Of a stretch of 64,000 nucleotides of DNA, positions 1-12,463 are shown in pieces. The position numbers and the translations under genes are program-made. Every line of letters starts with the position of its first letter. Within the stretch, counting starts at the first letter, position 1. The DNA is taken from contig VGBO01000003.1 of NCBI GenBank assembly GCA_016870475.1, positions 5,800-69,799 on the forward strand. The letters are read 5' to 3'. This DNA comes from Actinomycetota bacterium. Lineage in GTDB: Bacteria; Actinomycetota; Acidimicrobiia; Acidimicrobiales; CAIXPF01. Below the pieces are notes generated by a model, which saw only the letters and a list, made by a program, of their open reading frames with translations, made no database searches and was not told where the DNA came from.

Positions 1-993
1 ACCCGTCCCGCCCTCGCCGCCGTCGACGACGACGAAGTCGGGTCCGCCACCGAGGTCGCCGGTCCGTCGTGCGAGCTCCTGCCAGAACCCGGTGTCGCCG
101 ACGGCCGCCTTCACGCCGACGGGCAGCCCGGTCGCGTCGGCGATCCGCTCCACGAAGGCGATCAGGCCGTCGACGTCGTCGAACGCGCGGTGCCGGTTCG
201 GGCTGATGCAGTCCTGTCCGGCCGGAACGCCTCGGGCCGCGGCGATGGTCGGGGTCACCTTGGCCGCCGGGAGGAGACCGCCGAGGCCGGGCTTGGCACC
301 CTGGCTGAGCTTGACCTCGATCGCCCGCACCGGATGGCGCTCGCACAGGTCGACGAGCCGGCCGAGATCGAACGCGCCGTGCTCGTCGCGCACCCCGAAG
401 TACCCGGTGCCGATCTGGAAGATGAGCTCGCCGCCGTGGGCGTGGTCCGGGGCGAGTCCCCCCTCGCCCGTCGACTGGAGGCAACCGGCGAGCGCCGCCC
501 CGCGGTTGAGTGCCTCGACCGCAGCGCCGGACAACGAGCCGTAGCTCATGCCCGAGATGTTCACCACCGACGCCGGACGGAACGCGTGGCGTCGACCGTG
601 CCGCTCTCCGACGACCTTGGCGACGGGGACGGGGTGCAGGGGGTCGGCGTCGGCGGCGACCGGCGCATGGGGGAACGCGGCGTGCTTCACGATCACGTAG
701 CCGGCCGGCGGACGTTCGAGGTCGTTGTCGGTGCCGAACCCCGCGTAGTCGTTCTCGCGCTTCGCCGTCGCGTACACCCAGGAGCGCTGGTCGCGCGAGA
801 ACGGGCGCTCGTCGTCGTTGGAGGTGACGATGTACTGGCGTAGCTCCGGCCCGACCTTCTCGAGCAGGTACCGCAGGTGCCCGATGAGGGGGAAGTTCCG
901 CAGGATCGTGTGGCGTCGCTGCAGGAGATCGTGCACCACGAGGGCTATGATCGCCGCGGCGAGGACGATGCCGACGACCGTCCAGGTGGGCAT
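1..993 (-). CDS. FMN-binding glutamate synthase family protein (GltB central-domain-like); C-terminus lies outside the window
   Basis: Own minus-strand translation from ATG (complement of 991-993): MPTWTVVGIVLAAAIIALVVHDLLQRRHTILRNFPLIGHLRYLLEKVGPELRQYIV...SQGAKPGLGG...GDLGGGPDFVVVDGGEGGTG. N-terminal TM helix. Absent from the ORF track because no stop lies in the window. Confidence 0.8.
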   Translation of the reverse strand, partial: MPTWTVVGIVLAAAIIALVVHDLLQRRHTILRNFPLIGHLRYLLEKVGPELRQYIVTSNDDERPFSRDQRSWVYATAKRENDYAGFGTDNDLERPPAGYVIVKHAAFPHAPVAADADPLHPVPVAKVVGERHGRRHAFRPASVVNISGMSYGSLSGAAVEALNRGAALAGCLQSTGEGGLAPDHAHGGELIFQIGTGYFGVRDEHGAFDLGRLVDLCERHPVRAIEVKLSQGAKPGLGGLLPAAKVTPTIAAARGVPAGQDCISPNRHRAFDDVDGLIAFVERIADATGLPVGVKAAVGDTGFWQELARRTGDLGGGPDFVVVDGGEGGTG

Positions 994-1061
994 GGAGCGA
1001 CTGTACCGACACGCCCGCTACCGTGCGGCGGTACGGCGAACGCTCGGAAAGGGACGGTCGG

Positions 1062-2114
1062 ATGCGACTTGCGATGGCGCTGGGGTACTCGGGTGGATTC
1101 AAGGAGGCGGTGCGCAAGATCCAGGACCTCGAGAAGGCCGGCCTCGACATCGTCTGGATCGCGGAGGCGTACAGCCACGACGCGATCAGCCAGGTCGGCT
1201 ACCTCGCGGCGATGACGGAACGGGTCCACATCGGCACGGGCATCGTGAACGTGTACTCCCGTTCGGCGGCGCTCATGGGGATGACCGCGGCGGGCTGCGA
1301 CTTTGTCTCCGACGGCCGGTTCATCCTCGGCCTCGGTGCGTCCGGCCCGCAGGTGGTCGAGGGGTTCCACGGGATCCCCTACGAGAAGCCGATGCAGCGG
1401 ATCAAGGAGTACATCGACGTCGTCCGCATGACGCTGCGTCGGGAGCCGCTCGTCTACGACGGCCGTACCGTGCAGTTGCCGCTCCCGGCCGGGCAGGGCA
1501 CGGGGCTCGGCAAGCCGTTGAAGCTGATCAACCACCCGGTCCGACCCGACGTGCCGATCTGGTGGGCGTCCCTGCAGGGGCGTTCGGTCGAGGCGACCGC
1601 CGCCTACGCGGACGGGTGGCTGCCCGTGTTCTTCGAGCCGGAGAAGTTCCAGAGTGTCTGGGGCGACGACCTGAAGAAGGGCCTCGCGAAGCGGGATTCC
1701 TCGCTGCCCCGCCTCGAGATCTCCGCCGGCGGGATGCTGGCGATCGGCGACGATCTCGTCGGCGACGCGCAGGACCGAGTGCTCGACGCGGCTCGGCCGC
1801 AGACGGCGCTGTACTGGGGCGGCATGGGGGCGCGTGACAAGAACTTCTACAACGACGTCGCGCGCCGGTACGGGTACGAGGCCGAGGCCATCGAGATCCA
1901 GGACCTGTACCTCGACGGGCACAAGGACGAAGCGGCGGCCAAGGTGCCGTCGTCGTTCCTGCGGGCGTCGCACCTCGTCGGCACCCCCGGGTTCATCCGG
2001 GAACGCCTCGGTGCCTTCAAGGAGGCCGGGGTGACCGTGCTCAACGTGAACCCCGTCGGTCCCGACGCCGTGCGGACGGTCGAGACGCTGCGGTCCCTCG
2101 TCGACGACCTCTGA
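1062..2114 (+). CDS. LLM-class (luciferase-like) F420-dependent oxidoreductase
   Basis: ORF track 1023..2114. ATG at 1062 (MRLAMALGYSGGF) is preferred. LLM-type stretches IVWIAEAYSHDAISQ, RFILGLGASGPQVVEGFHG and ADGWLPVFF. Confidence 0.8.
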   Translation: MRLAMALGYSGGFKEAVRKIQDLEKAGLDIVWIAEAYSHDAISQVGYLAAMTERVHIGTGIVNVYSRSAALMGMTAAGCDFVSDGRFILGLGASGPQVVEGFHGIPYEKPMQRIKEYIDVVRMTLRREPLVYDGRTVQLPLPAGQGTGLGKPLKLINHPVRPDVPIWWASLQGRSVEATAAYADGWLPVFFEPEKFQSVWGDDLKKGLAKRDSSLPRLEISAGGMLAIGDDLVGDAQDRVLDAARPQTALYWGGMGARDKNFYNDVARRYGYEAEAIEIQDLYLDGHKDEAAAKVPSSFLRASHLVGTPGFIRERLGAFKEAGVTVLNVNPVGPDAVRTVETLRSLVDDL

Positions 2115-2131
2115 GCCCCATTGCCGGCGGC

Positions 2132-2824
2132 TCAGGCGTCGAGCACGCCGTCGCTGATGTGCACCGTCCGGTCGGCGAAGGCGGTGATCCGCTCGTCGTG
2201 GGTGACGACGATCGCCGCGATGCCCCGAGCGGTCATCTCGGACCGGATCAGCTCCATCACCTGTCGGCCGAGCTTGCTGTCGAGGGCCGAGGTCGGTTCG
2301 TCGAACAGTACGAGCGTCGGGTCGTTCATGAGCGCCCGCCCGATCGCCACGCGTTGGCGCTGCCCGCCCGAGAGCTGTGAGGGCAGGTTCTTCGCACGGT
2401 CCGCGAGCCCGAGCTCCTCGAGGAGCTGATCGGCCCGTGCCCGGGCGGGGGCGCCGGTGCGCGCGCCGATCTCGTCGACGACGAGGAGGTTCTCCCGGGC
2501 GGTGAGGAACGGCACCAGGTTCACGGTCTGGAACACGAATCCGACGGCGCGCCGGCGGAACGCGGTCAGCTGCTTGGGCGAGTACCCCGAGATGTCGTCA
2601 CCACCGACGACGATCGTCCCGCCGCTCGCCCGCAGGATGCCGCCGGCGATCGAGCACAGGGTCGTCTTGCCGGAACCGGACGGCCCGACGAGCGCGACGA
2701 TCTCGCCCCGGTCCACGGTGAGGTCGGCACGTTCGAGGGCGACGACCTCACCGTCGGCCATCGGGTACACCTTGCGGACGCCCTCGAGTCGGAGCGCTGG
2801 GGCGTGCGGATCGGTGACGGTCAC
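2132..2824 (-). CDS. ABC transporter ATP-binding protein (MacB/LolD-like)
   Basis: GTG at 2824 overlaps the upstream permease stop (GTGA). Walker A GPSGSGKTT, signature LSGGQRQRVAIGRAL and Walker B LVLFDEPTSALD. The longer 425-aa track ORF is an upstream read-through. Confidence 0.9.
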   Translation of the reverse strand: MTVTDPHAPALRLEGVRKVYPMADGEVVALERADLTVDRGEIVALVGPSGSGKTTLCSIAGGILRASGGTIVVGGDDISGYSPKQLTAFRRRAVGFVFQTVNLVPFLTARENLLVVDEIGARTGAPARARADQLLEELGLADRAKNLPSQLSGGQRQRVAIGRALMNDPTLVLFDEPTSALDSKLGRQVMELIRSEMTARGIAAIVVTHDERITAFADRTVHISDGVLDA

Positions 2825-3930
2825 GAGGAACTCCCGATGGCGGAGGCCGGGTCGACGCGGAGCACCCGGCGCAGCGAGAACGCCGAGCCGGCGACCGCAG
2901 CGACGAGCAGGGACAACACACTGGAGACGATGCGCGGCACGGTGATCGTGACGGGGATCGAGCCGGGCGGGATCGCCGCATCGAGCAGCAGCACGACGAC
3001 GGTCGCGACCGTCGAGGCGATGACCGTGACAACGATCGCCTGTACGACGAGGCCGGCGAAGATCGTCCGCGACCGCGCCCCGATCGCCTTCAGCACGCCG
3101 TAGAGGGCGACCCGTTCGACGGTGAGCAGCGCGAAGAACAACGCGATGACGACGATCGCGATGGCGACGGTCACCCCGATGATCTGGTTGAAGGTCCCCC
3201 GCTGCTCGGCGACACCGGGGATCGCGTTCGCCGTGTCGGCGATCGTGAGCGACAGGGTGGCTCCACCGGTCGCGGCGTCGACGGCGGCGGCGAGGTCGAC
3301 GGGGCTCCCCGATCCGCGCACCACGAGCGACTGGAACACGCCGTCGGCGACGATCTCCGCCGGACGGTTCGCGGCGACGACCGAGCGCCAGGTCGCCGGT
3401 GAACCCCACAGCCCGGCCTGGCCGAGGTAGTTCGTGTCCTCCACGAAGCCGACCACGACGACGGGGCTACGAGCCGGTCCGAGGAGCAGTTCGGTGCCGA
3501 CCCGGACGCCGTCGGCCTCGAGGATCCGGTCGGCCCACACCTCGCCGGTGTCGGGCACGTTCGGCACGCCCCGCGGCGCGATCTCCACGCCGAACAGCGC
3601 GACGTCGGCGAGATCACGGGGGCCGTTGCCCGGTACCCGGGCACCGAGCTGGACGATGCCGAGCCCGCCGACCTCCTCCACTCCGGGTGCCGCCGCGACC
3701 CTGGCCCGGAGGTCGGGGTCGATGCGGCTGCGCAGGAAGGAACTCTGCGACGCCGCGGACGACACGACCACGCCGCCCTGCTGCGCGCGGACGGCGCCCG
3801 TGGAGTTCCGGATCAACCCGTCGAGTAGCCCGCCGAGGAACAGCAGCAGCAGTGCGATGAGGGTGAGGATGACCGTCGCCGTGGCGAACCGACCGGGACG
3901 GCGCCGGAGCTCCCGCAGTGCGATCTTCAT
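2821..3930 (-). CDS. ABC transporter permease, FtsX-like
   Basis: ORF track 369 aa. N-terminus MKIALRELRRRPGRFATATVILTLIALLL is typical of FtsX/MacB-type permeases, with C-terminal TM helices. Overlaps both neighbours by 4 nt. Confidence 0.8.
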   Translation of the reverse strand: MKIALRELRRRPGRFATATVILTLIALLLLFLGGLLDGLIRNSTGAVRAQQGGVVVSSAASQSSFLRSRIDPDLRARVAAAPGVEEVGGLGIVQLGARVPGNGPRDLADVALFGVEIAPRGVPNVPDTGEVWADRILEADGVRVGTELLLGPARSPVVVVGFVEDTNYLGQAGLWGSPATWRSVVAANRPAEIVADGVFQSLVVRGSGSPVDLAAAVDAATGGATLSLTIADTANAIPGVAEQRGTFNQIIGVTVAIAIVVIALFFALLTVERVALYGVLKAIGARSRTIFAGLVVQAIVVTVIASTVATVVVLLLDAAIPPGSIPVTITVPRIVSSVLSLLVAAVAGSAFSLRRVLRVDPASAIGSSS

Positions 3931-5048
3931 CGATCCATCCCCGTTCCCCCGAGCGCCGCGGCCGGGTCGATGGCGACGACCCGACGAGCCGACACGACCG
4001 ACGAGGCGGTTCCGAGGACGAGCAGTGCGATCGACCAGCCGATGACCGCGGCGGTCTCGAAGCGCAGCGTGATCCCGCCGATCCGCTGCACCGACAGCGG
4101 GGCGTAGAGCCCGATCCCGATCGCCAGCCCACCGCCGACGACGAGGAGCACCTGCACCAGCAACGCGGCGACGAGCCGCCCGGCCGGCGCACCGATCGCT
4201 CGGAGCAGGGTGAGCGACGGCGCCTTCTGGAACGTCACGATCAGGAAGAACAGGCCGGTCACGAGGGGGACGACGAGGCCGTAGAGCAGGAAGATCACCC
4301 GGAAGGACTGCTGCACCTGCGCAACGCCGGGCGTCTTCGCTGCGGCGTCCGCCCGGGTGAGGGCGTCGAGGTCGTCGGACGCTGCGTTGATCAGGGCGGC
4401 GGTGTCACCGGCGGAGATGCCCGGTGCGGGCTCGACGGCGAGCACGTTCGGCGGTGGGGTCCCGGCGTCGGGGTTCCGACTGCGCACGGCGTCGAGATAG
4501 GTCTCGTAGGCCACGAAGAGCGTCGGGGCCACGTTGAGCTGGATGTCGTCCGCGAGCCCGACGACCCGCACCTCGAGGCCGCCCGGTTCGATCCGCACGA
4601 CGTCGCCGACGCCGAATCCGGCTGCCTCGTCCGCGGCGCTCGCCACCGCTTCCCCCGGTCCCTGCGGGAGACGGCCGGTCACGAGGGTGGTCGGTGAGCC
4701 GAGCCCTTCCTCCTCGTAGCCGAGGACGGTGGCCTCGGACAGGGCGTCGTCCGCGGTCACGGTGAACGTCCCCTGCCCGATCCGACCGACGCGTCCTCCG
4801 GCGACGGCGTCGCGGACCTGCGCCTCGAGCTCGGGTCCGATCACGGATCCCTGGATGACCCGGCGGCCGTCGACGCTGTAGACGAGCACGGGGGCCGACT
4901 GGTTGCGGACGGCTCCGACGAAGGCGGTGATCAGCCCGTTCTGCAGTGACTGCTGGAAGAGGATGAGGAACACCAGCAGGCCGACAGCGGCCATCAGCAG
5001 CGTGAACCGCACCTTGGCGCGGCGCATCTCCTTGAGGGCGAGGAACAC
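3927..5048 (-). CDS. ABC transporter permease, FtsX-like (second permease)
   Basis: ORF track 373 aa. N-terminus MFLALKEMRRAKVRFTLLMAAVGLLVFLILF, a large periplasmic loop and C-terminal TM helices. Confidence 0.8.
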   Translation of the reverse strand: MFLALKEMRRAKVRFTLLMAAVGLLVFLILFQQSLQNGLITAFVGAVRNQSAPVLVYSVDGRRVIQGSVIGPELEAQVRDAVAGGRVGRIGQGTFTVTADDALSEATVLGYEEEGLGSPTTLVTGRLPQGPGEAVASAADEAAGFGVGDVVRIEPGGLEVRVVGLADDIQLNVAPTLFVAYETYLDAVRSRNPDAGTPPPNVLAVEPAPGISAGDTAALINAASDDLDALTRADAAAKTPGVAQVQQSFRVIFLLYGLVVPLVTGLFFLIVTFQKAPSLTLLRAIGAPAGRLVAALLVQVLLVVGGGLAIGIGLYAPLSVQRIGGITLRFETAAVIGWSIALLVLGTASSVVSARRVVAIDPAAALGGTGMDR

Positions 5049-5108
5049 GCCGCGGACGTTACCGGCGCGGTCCTCGCTACCGGACCGCGGCGCAGCCGCT
5101 GGCGACGG

Positions 5109-6275
5109 TCAGGTGGTGTAGTCGGCGTTGATCCGCACGTAGCCGTCGGAGAGGTCGCACCCGTACACCGTCCAGCTCCCTGCGCCGATGCCGAGCGACA
5201 CGGTGATGTGCACCTCGGCGGCGGCCATCGTCTCGGCGAGCTCGCGCAGCCCCTGCTCGTCGAGGTCACCGGGGAACACCTGCTGTGCGCCGAAGCGGAT
5301 GACGACGCGTTCCTGGTCGATGTCGGTGTCCTCCGCGCACTTGCCGACCGCCATGGCGACGCGACCCCAGTTCGGGTCGGCGCCGTGCACGGCCGTCTTG
5401 ACGAGCGGCGAGTTCAGGATCGACTTGGCGACCCGCTTGGCCTGCAGGTCGTCGCGTGCGCCGTCGACCGTCACCACGAGGAGCTTGGTCGCCCCCTCGC
5501 CGTCGCGTGCGAGCTGGCGGGTCAGCGAGAGGCACACGTCGCCGAGTGCATCGGTGAACGCGTCGACGTCGACGGGTCCGGCGAGCCCGTTGGCGAGGAT
5601 CGCCGCGGTGTCCGAGGTCGACGTGTCCGTGTCGACGCTCAGGCTGTTGAACGTGCGGTCGACGACGTGACGGAACGCCCGGTCGAGCTCGCCCGGGGAG
5701 AGCTCGGCGTCGGTGAACACGAGGGTGATCATCGTGGCCATGTCCGGCTCGATCATGCCGACCCCCTTGGCGAGGCCGACGATGCGGGCGTCGCCGACGG
5801 TCGCCTCGGCGATCTTCGGCACCGTGTCGGTGGTCATCATCGCCGTCGCGGCGGCGAGGGCGTCGGTGGCGGGGTAGGGGGGCGGTCCGAGCGTGGCGAG
5901 GTGCGCGTCGATGCGCTCCATCGGGTACTGGCGTCCGATCACGCCCGTCGAGGCGAGCAGGACGTCACCTTCCGGACAACCGAGCGCCCGGGCCACGCCA
6001 GCGACGACCGCTTCGGCGTTCGCCGTCCCCTGTGCCCCGGTCGCGACGTTCGCGTTCTTCGAGATCACCACGGCCGCCTGCAACCGGCCGTCGGCGATCT
6101 GGCGCCGTGACAGGGTGACGCTCGGTCCGGCGAACCGCGAGCGGGTGAAGGTGGCCGCGGCGCTCGCCGGCACCGACGACGCAACGACGAGGAAGTCGGT
6201 CGTCGTGTCCTTGATGCCGATGTTCGCGATGTGCGCGGTGAAGCCTGCGGGGAGCTGGGTCGTTTCGGGTGCCAC
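5109..6275 (-). CDS. argJ: Bifunctional glutamate N-acetyltransferase / amino-acid acetyltransferase (ornithine acetyltransferase)
   Basis: ORF track 5109..6365. Contains [12 protein letters not shown], the autoproteolysis motif [14 protein letters not shown] and the C-terminal [13 protein letters not shown] at 6275 ([12 protein letters not shown]) is preferred because the ATGs at 6365 and 6338 would overlap the divergent mdh start. Confidence 0.85.
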   Translation of the reverse strand: MAPETTQLPAGFTAHIANIGIKDTTTDFLVVASSVPASAAATFTRSRFAGPSVTLSRRQIADGRLQAAVVISKNANVATGAQGTANAEAVVAGVARALGCPEGDVLLASTGVIGRQYPMERIDAHLATLGPPPYPATDALAAATAMMTTDTVPKIAEATVGDARIVGLAKGVGMIEPDMATMITLVFTDAELSPGELDRAFRHVVDRTFNSLSVDTDTSTSDTAAILANGLAGPVDVDAFTDALGDVCLSLTRQLARDGEGATKLLVVTVDGARDDLQAKRVAKSILNSPLVKTAVHGADPNWGRVAMAVGKCAEDTDIDQERVVIRFGAQQVFPGDLDEQGLRELAETMAAAEVHITVSLGIGAGSWTVYGCDLSDGYVRINADYTT

Positions 6276-6336
6276 GGGGGGAAGTCTGGCACCCGGTGGT
6301 GGAGTGCCGGTGGCCGACGAACTAGCGTCGCCCGCC

Positions 6337-7329
6337 ATGAAGACTCCCGTGCGCGTCGCCGTCACCGGGGCTGCGGGCCAGATCGGCTACAGCCTCCTCT
6401 TCCGAATCGCGAGTGGTCAGATGCTCGGCCCCGATCAGCCGGTCATCCTGCAGATGCTCGAGATCACGCCGGCGCTCGGAGCGCTCAACGGCGTGGCGAT
6501 GGAGCTCGACGACTGCGCCTTCCCGCTGCTCGCCGGCATGGTGCAGACCGACGACGCCGACACGGCGTTCGGCGACGCCGACTACGCGCTGCTCGTCGGC
6601 GCGATGCCTCGCAAGGCGGGCATGGAACGCGCCGACCTGCTGAACGCCAACGGCGCGATCTTCACAGTGCAGGGCAAGGCCCTCTCCGACTCGGCATCCC
6701 GCGACGTCCGGGTGCTCGTCGTGGGGAACCCGGCGAACACGAACGCGCTGATCGCGATGAACAACGCGCCGAAGCTCGACCCGCGGCGTTTCACCGCGAT
6801 GACCCGACTCGACCACAACCGTGCGCTCGCACAGCTCGCGGCGCGGACCGGTCGTCCCGTCTCGGCGATCCGTCGGATGACGATCTGGGGGAACCACTCG
6901 GTCACCCAGTACCCGGACCTGTTCCACTGCGAGGTCGACGGCTCGAACGCGGCGCAGCTCGTGAACGACCAGACCTGGCTCGAGAACGACTTCATCCCCA
7001 CCGTCGCCAAGCGCGGTGCGGCGATCATCGAGGCGCGGGGCCTGTCCTCGGCGGCTTCGGCGGCGAACGCGGCGATCGACCACATGCGCAGCTGGGCACT
7101 CGGAACCGCCGACGGCGACTGGGTGTCCATGGCGATCCCGTCCGACGGGAGCTACGGCGTTCCCGCGGGCCTGATCTCCTCGTTCCCCTGCGTGTGCAAG
7201 GACGGCGACTACGCCATCGTGCCCGGCCTCGAGATCGACGCGTTCTCACGTGGTCGGATCGACGCGTCGGTTGCGGAGCTCGAGGACGAGCGGAACGCCG
7301 TCCGGGAGCTGGGGCTCATCCCCGCCTGA
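6337..7329 (+). CDS. mdh: Malate dehydrogenase
   Basis: ATG at 6337 inside track ORF 5893..7329. [27 protein letters not shown] (Rossmann fold), [12 protein letters not shown] and [12 protein letters not shown]. Confidence 0.95.
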   Translation: MKTPVRVAVTGAAGQIGYSLLFRIASGQMLGPDQPVILQMLEITPALGALNGVAMELDDCAFPLLAGMVQTDDADTAFGDADYALLVGAMPRKAGMERADLLNANGAIFTVQGKALSDSASRDVRVLVVGNPANTNALIAMNNAPKLDPRRFTAMTRLDHNRALAQLAARTGRPVSAIRRMTIWGNHSVTQYPDLFHCEVDGSNAAQLVNDQTWLENDFIPTVAKRGAAIIEARGLSSAASAANAAIDHMRSWALGTADGDWVSMAIPSDGSYGVPAGLISSFPCVCKDGDYAIVPGLEIDAFSRGRIDASVAELEDERNAVRELGLIPA

Positions 7330-7338
7330 GCAGCAGCG

Positions 7339-7707
7339 TCAGCTGAGCGTGTCGAGCGCCCGGTCGATCGCTCCGAGCAACGCGGCTCGGCCCAGAAGCT
7401 GGGTCGCGTCGCCGATGATCACGACGCTGCCGTCGAGCACCGAGCGTTGCGCCGACCGTTCGCCCTGCGCGATCGCTACCGCGGTCCCGTAGCTCTGGCG
7501 GAACGTGACGGTGGCATCCTCGGCGATCCCGGGCACCACCCGGGCCCCGTCCGGGGTGACCCGGAGCGCGTAGGAGGTGCAGTCCGCCGGCGCATCCTCG
7601 AGCAGGTATTGCACGACGAGCGGGGCTCCCTCGTGGGGGCCGGCGTCCGTGGCGGCGAGCGCCCGGTTGAAGCCGGCGATCCACTCCGGTGTGGCGTAGC
7701 GGGGCAT
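7339..7707 (-). CDS. SCP2 sterol-binding-domain protein
   Basis: ORF track 122 aa. PEWIAGFNRALAA...TVTFRQSYGTAVAIAQGERSAQRSVLDGSVVIIGDATQLL resembles the actinobacterial SCP2-domain family. Confidence 0.6.
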   Translation of the reverse strand: MPRYATPEWIAGFNRALAATDAGPHEGAPLVVQYLLEDAPADCTSYALRVTPDGARVVPGIAEDATVTFRQSYGTAVAIAQGERSAQRSVLDGSVVIIGDATQLLGRAALLGAIDRALDTLS

Positions 7708-7728
7708 CCCGACGGAGGCTAGCGAGCG

Positions 7729-8457
7729 GTGGGCACGACGTCGGTGGCGGTGGGTGAGGATCTCGTGGTCCAGAGCTGGGACCTCTGGGTTCCAGGTGCC
7801 GACCTGTCGGCGTTCGTGGTCGTCGCCCGGGTCCCCCGATCGGGCCGGTGCTGGTACTGGACGGCGGTGGTCGGGACGGCCGCGGCACCGGTCGTCGTCG
7901 TCGCCGACCTCGACGTCCCGTCCCCCGCCCGTGGCCTCGAGCTGCGAACGGACGGCCTGTGGGCCGACGCCAACCTCGAGGAGCCGGACCGGCGCTGGTC
8001 CCTCGGGCTCGAGGCGTTCGCCGTCGGGGTGGACGATCCGGCAGCGTTCCGTTCGGTCGACCCTGCGACGGTCCGTGGTGACCGCATCCCCTACGGGTTC
8101 GATCTCGAGTGGGAGGCCGACGGTGTCGCGCAGACGGGCGGCTCCGACGCTCGTCGGCCGATCTGTGAGGTTCGCGGGGAGTTGCTCGTCGGCACGCGAT
8201 CCTTCGAGCTGCAGGATCTCGGTGCCGTGGGCACCTTCAGTGGTCCGGCGTCGGTGACCGTCATGGCGGGCAGCTCCTGGTGGGGGCTGCTCGCCGCGCG
8301 GTCGGCGGGGGGCACCGGTCCGGCTCCTTTCCCTGCGGAGGTCGCTGTGGAGGTCCCGCTCTGCGTCGCTCCGGGGGTGGACCTCGAGCGCCGGCGCTGG
8401 ACCGTGCCGGGGGCCGAGGGCGGGGACGGCTGGGCCGGCGGCTTCTCGATCAGCTGA
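7729..8457 (+). CDS. Hypothetical protein
   Basis: ORF track 242 aa with a GTG start. Composition looks protein-like (W/D/E/F-containing blocks such as IPYGFDLEWEADGV). No family recognised and the start is uncertain. Confidence 0.45.
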   Translation: MGTTSVAVGEDLVVQSWDLWVPGADLSAFVVVARVPRSGRCWYWTAVVGTAAAPVVVVADLDVPSPARGLELRTDGLWADANLEEPDRRWSLGLEAFAVGVDDPAAFRSVDPATVRGDRIPYGFDLEWEADGVAQTGGSDARRPICEVRGELLVGTRSFELQDLGAVGTFSGPASVTVMAGSSWWGLLAARSAGGTGPAPFPAEVAVEVPLCVAPGVDLERRRWTVPGAEGGDGWAGGFSIS

Positions 8458-9697
8458 TGCCGAGGGCGACCACGGCGAGGATCAGGGCGACGGCTCCCAC
8501 GAAGTCGACCGTCGACGTGACGAGCGGGATCCCGTGGGTGTCGGGGTCGAGTCCGACCCGGGTCGCGGCCATGGTCCCGTAGTAGGCCACGGCGAGCACG
8601 AACGCCACGACCACGAGGCCGGCGAGCAGCGACACGCCGAGGAGCGCGAGCAGCCCCGGGCTTCGCACCCCGAGGACCAGCGCGACGGCGTGGGCTCCGA
8701 CCGCGTTGAACAGCGCGACCGGCGCAGCGAGCATCGCGACGACCAGACCGGTCTCGCGGGCGCGGCGATCCGGCAGCAGGTCCGGCTCGATCAGACCGAG
8801 TTGGAACGCGGTCGACAGCCGACTCGAGAGGATGCCGCCGAGCGCCCCGGCCGAGGACACGAACGCCGGTTGGAGGATCAAGAGCGCGGCGACCGACTCG
8901 AACAGCTCGAGCCGCTTCTCGAGGACGAGGCCGGCGAGCATCGAGAACCCGACCGCGGCGGTGAGCACCGGGGCGGACTCCCGGACTATGCGTCGCAGGA
9001 TGTCGAGCGGGGTGCGCCATGCGAACGCGGAGAGGACCGCCGCCACGGCGACGAGGGCCACGGTCAGCGACTGCGACAGCAGCGGCACGCCGATGAGCAG
9101 CGATGCGACCCACAGCGCAGGGATCGTGACGACGTCGCCGAGGGTCGACACGATGGGTGCGACGAGGTTGTCGAGGTCCCATCCGAACCGCGTCGCCGCC
9201 ACCGAGAGGCCGACCGTCGCGGCCAACACGACGACACTGGCGATCATCCCGCCGAGGATCGACACGAGGAGGAGGTCACCGACATTTGGACGATCGGAGA
9301 CCCCGAGCGCGAGCACGAGCACCGATGCCCCGAGCGCCGCGACGAGGGAGATCCCGAGCGAGAGCACGAGCGATGCGGCGACGTTCTGACCGAACACGCT
9401 GTCGCGCCGGGCCGACACCCGGAAGGTCCCGAGGTGCACGGTGGTCGACAGCCGACTCCCGAGTGCGGAGAACACGTTGCCCCGGAGGCCGATCGCCGCA
9501 GGCACGAGCACGAGGAGCCCGGGCAGGTCCCGGAGCGTCCCGGTGATGGCGCTGAGACTCGCACCGGCGACGAAGCTCGTGAGGCTGTTCAGTGCGAGGG
9601 CGACGAGGGTCTGGCGGGTGCCGGAGGACGGAGCACGCAGAAGACGACGCCGGCGACCGGCGCGAGCCCTTCTCTCCGGTCGCCGACCACCGAGCAC
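8450..9697 (-). CDS. MgtE-family divalent-cation transporter (duplicated membrane domain, no cytosolic domain)
   Basis: ORF track 415 aa, polytopic. LNSLTSFVAGASLSAITGTLRDLPGLLVLVPAAIGLRGNVFSALGSRLST and a second similar half (ILQPAFVSSAGALGGILSSRLST). Confidence 0.7.
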   Translation of the reverse strand: MLGGRRPERRARAGRRRRLLRAPSSGTRQTLVALALNSLTSFVAGASLSAITGTLRDLPGLLVLVPAAIGLRGNVFSALGSRLSTTVHLGTFRVSARRDSVFGQNVAASLVLSLGISLVAALGASVLVLALGVSDRPNVGDLLLVSILGGMIASVVVLAATVGLSVAATRFGWDLDNLVAPIVSTLGDVVTIPALWVASLLIGVPLLSQSLTVALVAVAAVLSAFAWRTPLDILRRIVRESAPVLTAAVGFSMLAGLVLEKRLELFESVAALLILQPAFVSSAGALGGILSSRLSTAFQLGLIEPDLLPDRRARETGLVVAMLAAPVALFNAVGAHAVALVLGVRSPGLLALLGVSLLAGLVVVAFVLAVAYYGTMAATRVGLDPDTHGIPLVTSTVDFVGAVALILAVVALGIS

Positions 9698-9743
9698 GAG
9701 GTGGCACGGTAGCGGTCGACCCGGCAGGTCGGCACCGTTGGCG

Positions 9744-10508
9744 TCAGATGGACTGCGACAGCAGCTGGCGGTTCTTCCGCTTCGACTTCACGTAGTCACG
9801 GTTCATCATCGCGATGAAGTCGACCGAGATCTCCTTCGGGCACGCGTCCTGGCATTCGCCGTGGTTCGTGCACGAGCCGAAGAACTGCTCCATCGTCTCG
9901 ACCATCGCCTCGGTGCGGGCCCAGCGTTCCGGCTGGCCCTGCGGCATGAGGTTGAGGTGGGCGAGCTTGGCGGACGTGAAGAGCTGCGCCGCGGAGTTCG
10001 GGCAGGCGGCCACGCAGGCGCCGCAACCGATGCACTGCGCGGCGTCCATCGAGGCGTCGGCGACCGGCTTGGGGATCGGGATCATGTTCGCGTCGATCGC
10101 CGATCCCGTCGGCGCCGAGATGTACCCGCCGGCCTCGACGATCCGGTCGAACGCCGACCGGTCGACTGCGAGGTCGCGGATGACCGGGAAGGCTGCTGCC
10201 CGCCACGGCTCGACGGCGATCGTGTCACCGTCGCTGAACTTCCGCATGTGGAGCTGGCAGGTCGCCGTCCCTCGTTCGGGACCGTGCGCGACGCCGTTGA
10301 TGATGACGCCGCAGCTCCCGCAGATGCCCTCGCGACAGTCGTGATCGAACACGATCGGCCGGTCACCGGACTCGGTGAGACGGCCGTTCACGACGTCGAG
10401 CATCTCGAGGAAGGACATTTCGGGTGACACGCCCGGCACGTCGACCACCTGGAACCCGCCCTTGTCGGAGGGGTTGTCCTGTCGCCAGACCTTGAGGGTG
10501 ATCCGCAT
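9744..10508 (-). CDS. sdhB: Succinate dehydrogenase / fumarate reductase iron-sulfur subunit
   Basis: ATG at 10508 ([11 protein letters not shown]). Three Cys clusters: [22 protein letters not shown] and [12 protein letters not shown]. Confidence 0.9.
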   Translation of the reverse strand: MRITLKVWRQDNPSDKGGFQVVDVPGVSPEMSFLEMLDVVNGRLTESGDRPIVFDHDCREGICGSCGVIINGVAHGPERGTATCQLHMRKFSDGDTIAVEPWRAAAFPVIRDLAVDRSAFDRIVEAGGYISAPTGSAIDANMIPIPKPVADASMDAAQCIGCGACVAACPNSAAQLFTSAKLAHLNLMPQGQPERWARTEAMVETMEQFFGSCTNHGECQDACPKEISVDFIAMMNRDYVKSKRKNRQLLSQSI

Positions 10509-10531
10509 CGTCTGGCCGTGTCCGCTGCCGC

Positions 10532-12459
<1,928 letters not shown>

Positions 12460-12463
<4 letters not shown>

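Noticed and set aside
5893-6336. A 148-codon N-terminal extension of mdh in track ORF 5893..7329.
   Set aside because: The extension is antisense to argJ and has no MDH similarity. The canonical [18 protein letters not shown]-terminus starts at 6337.
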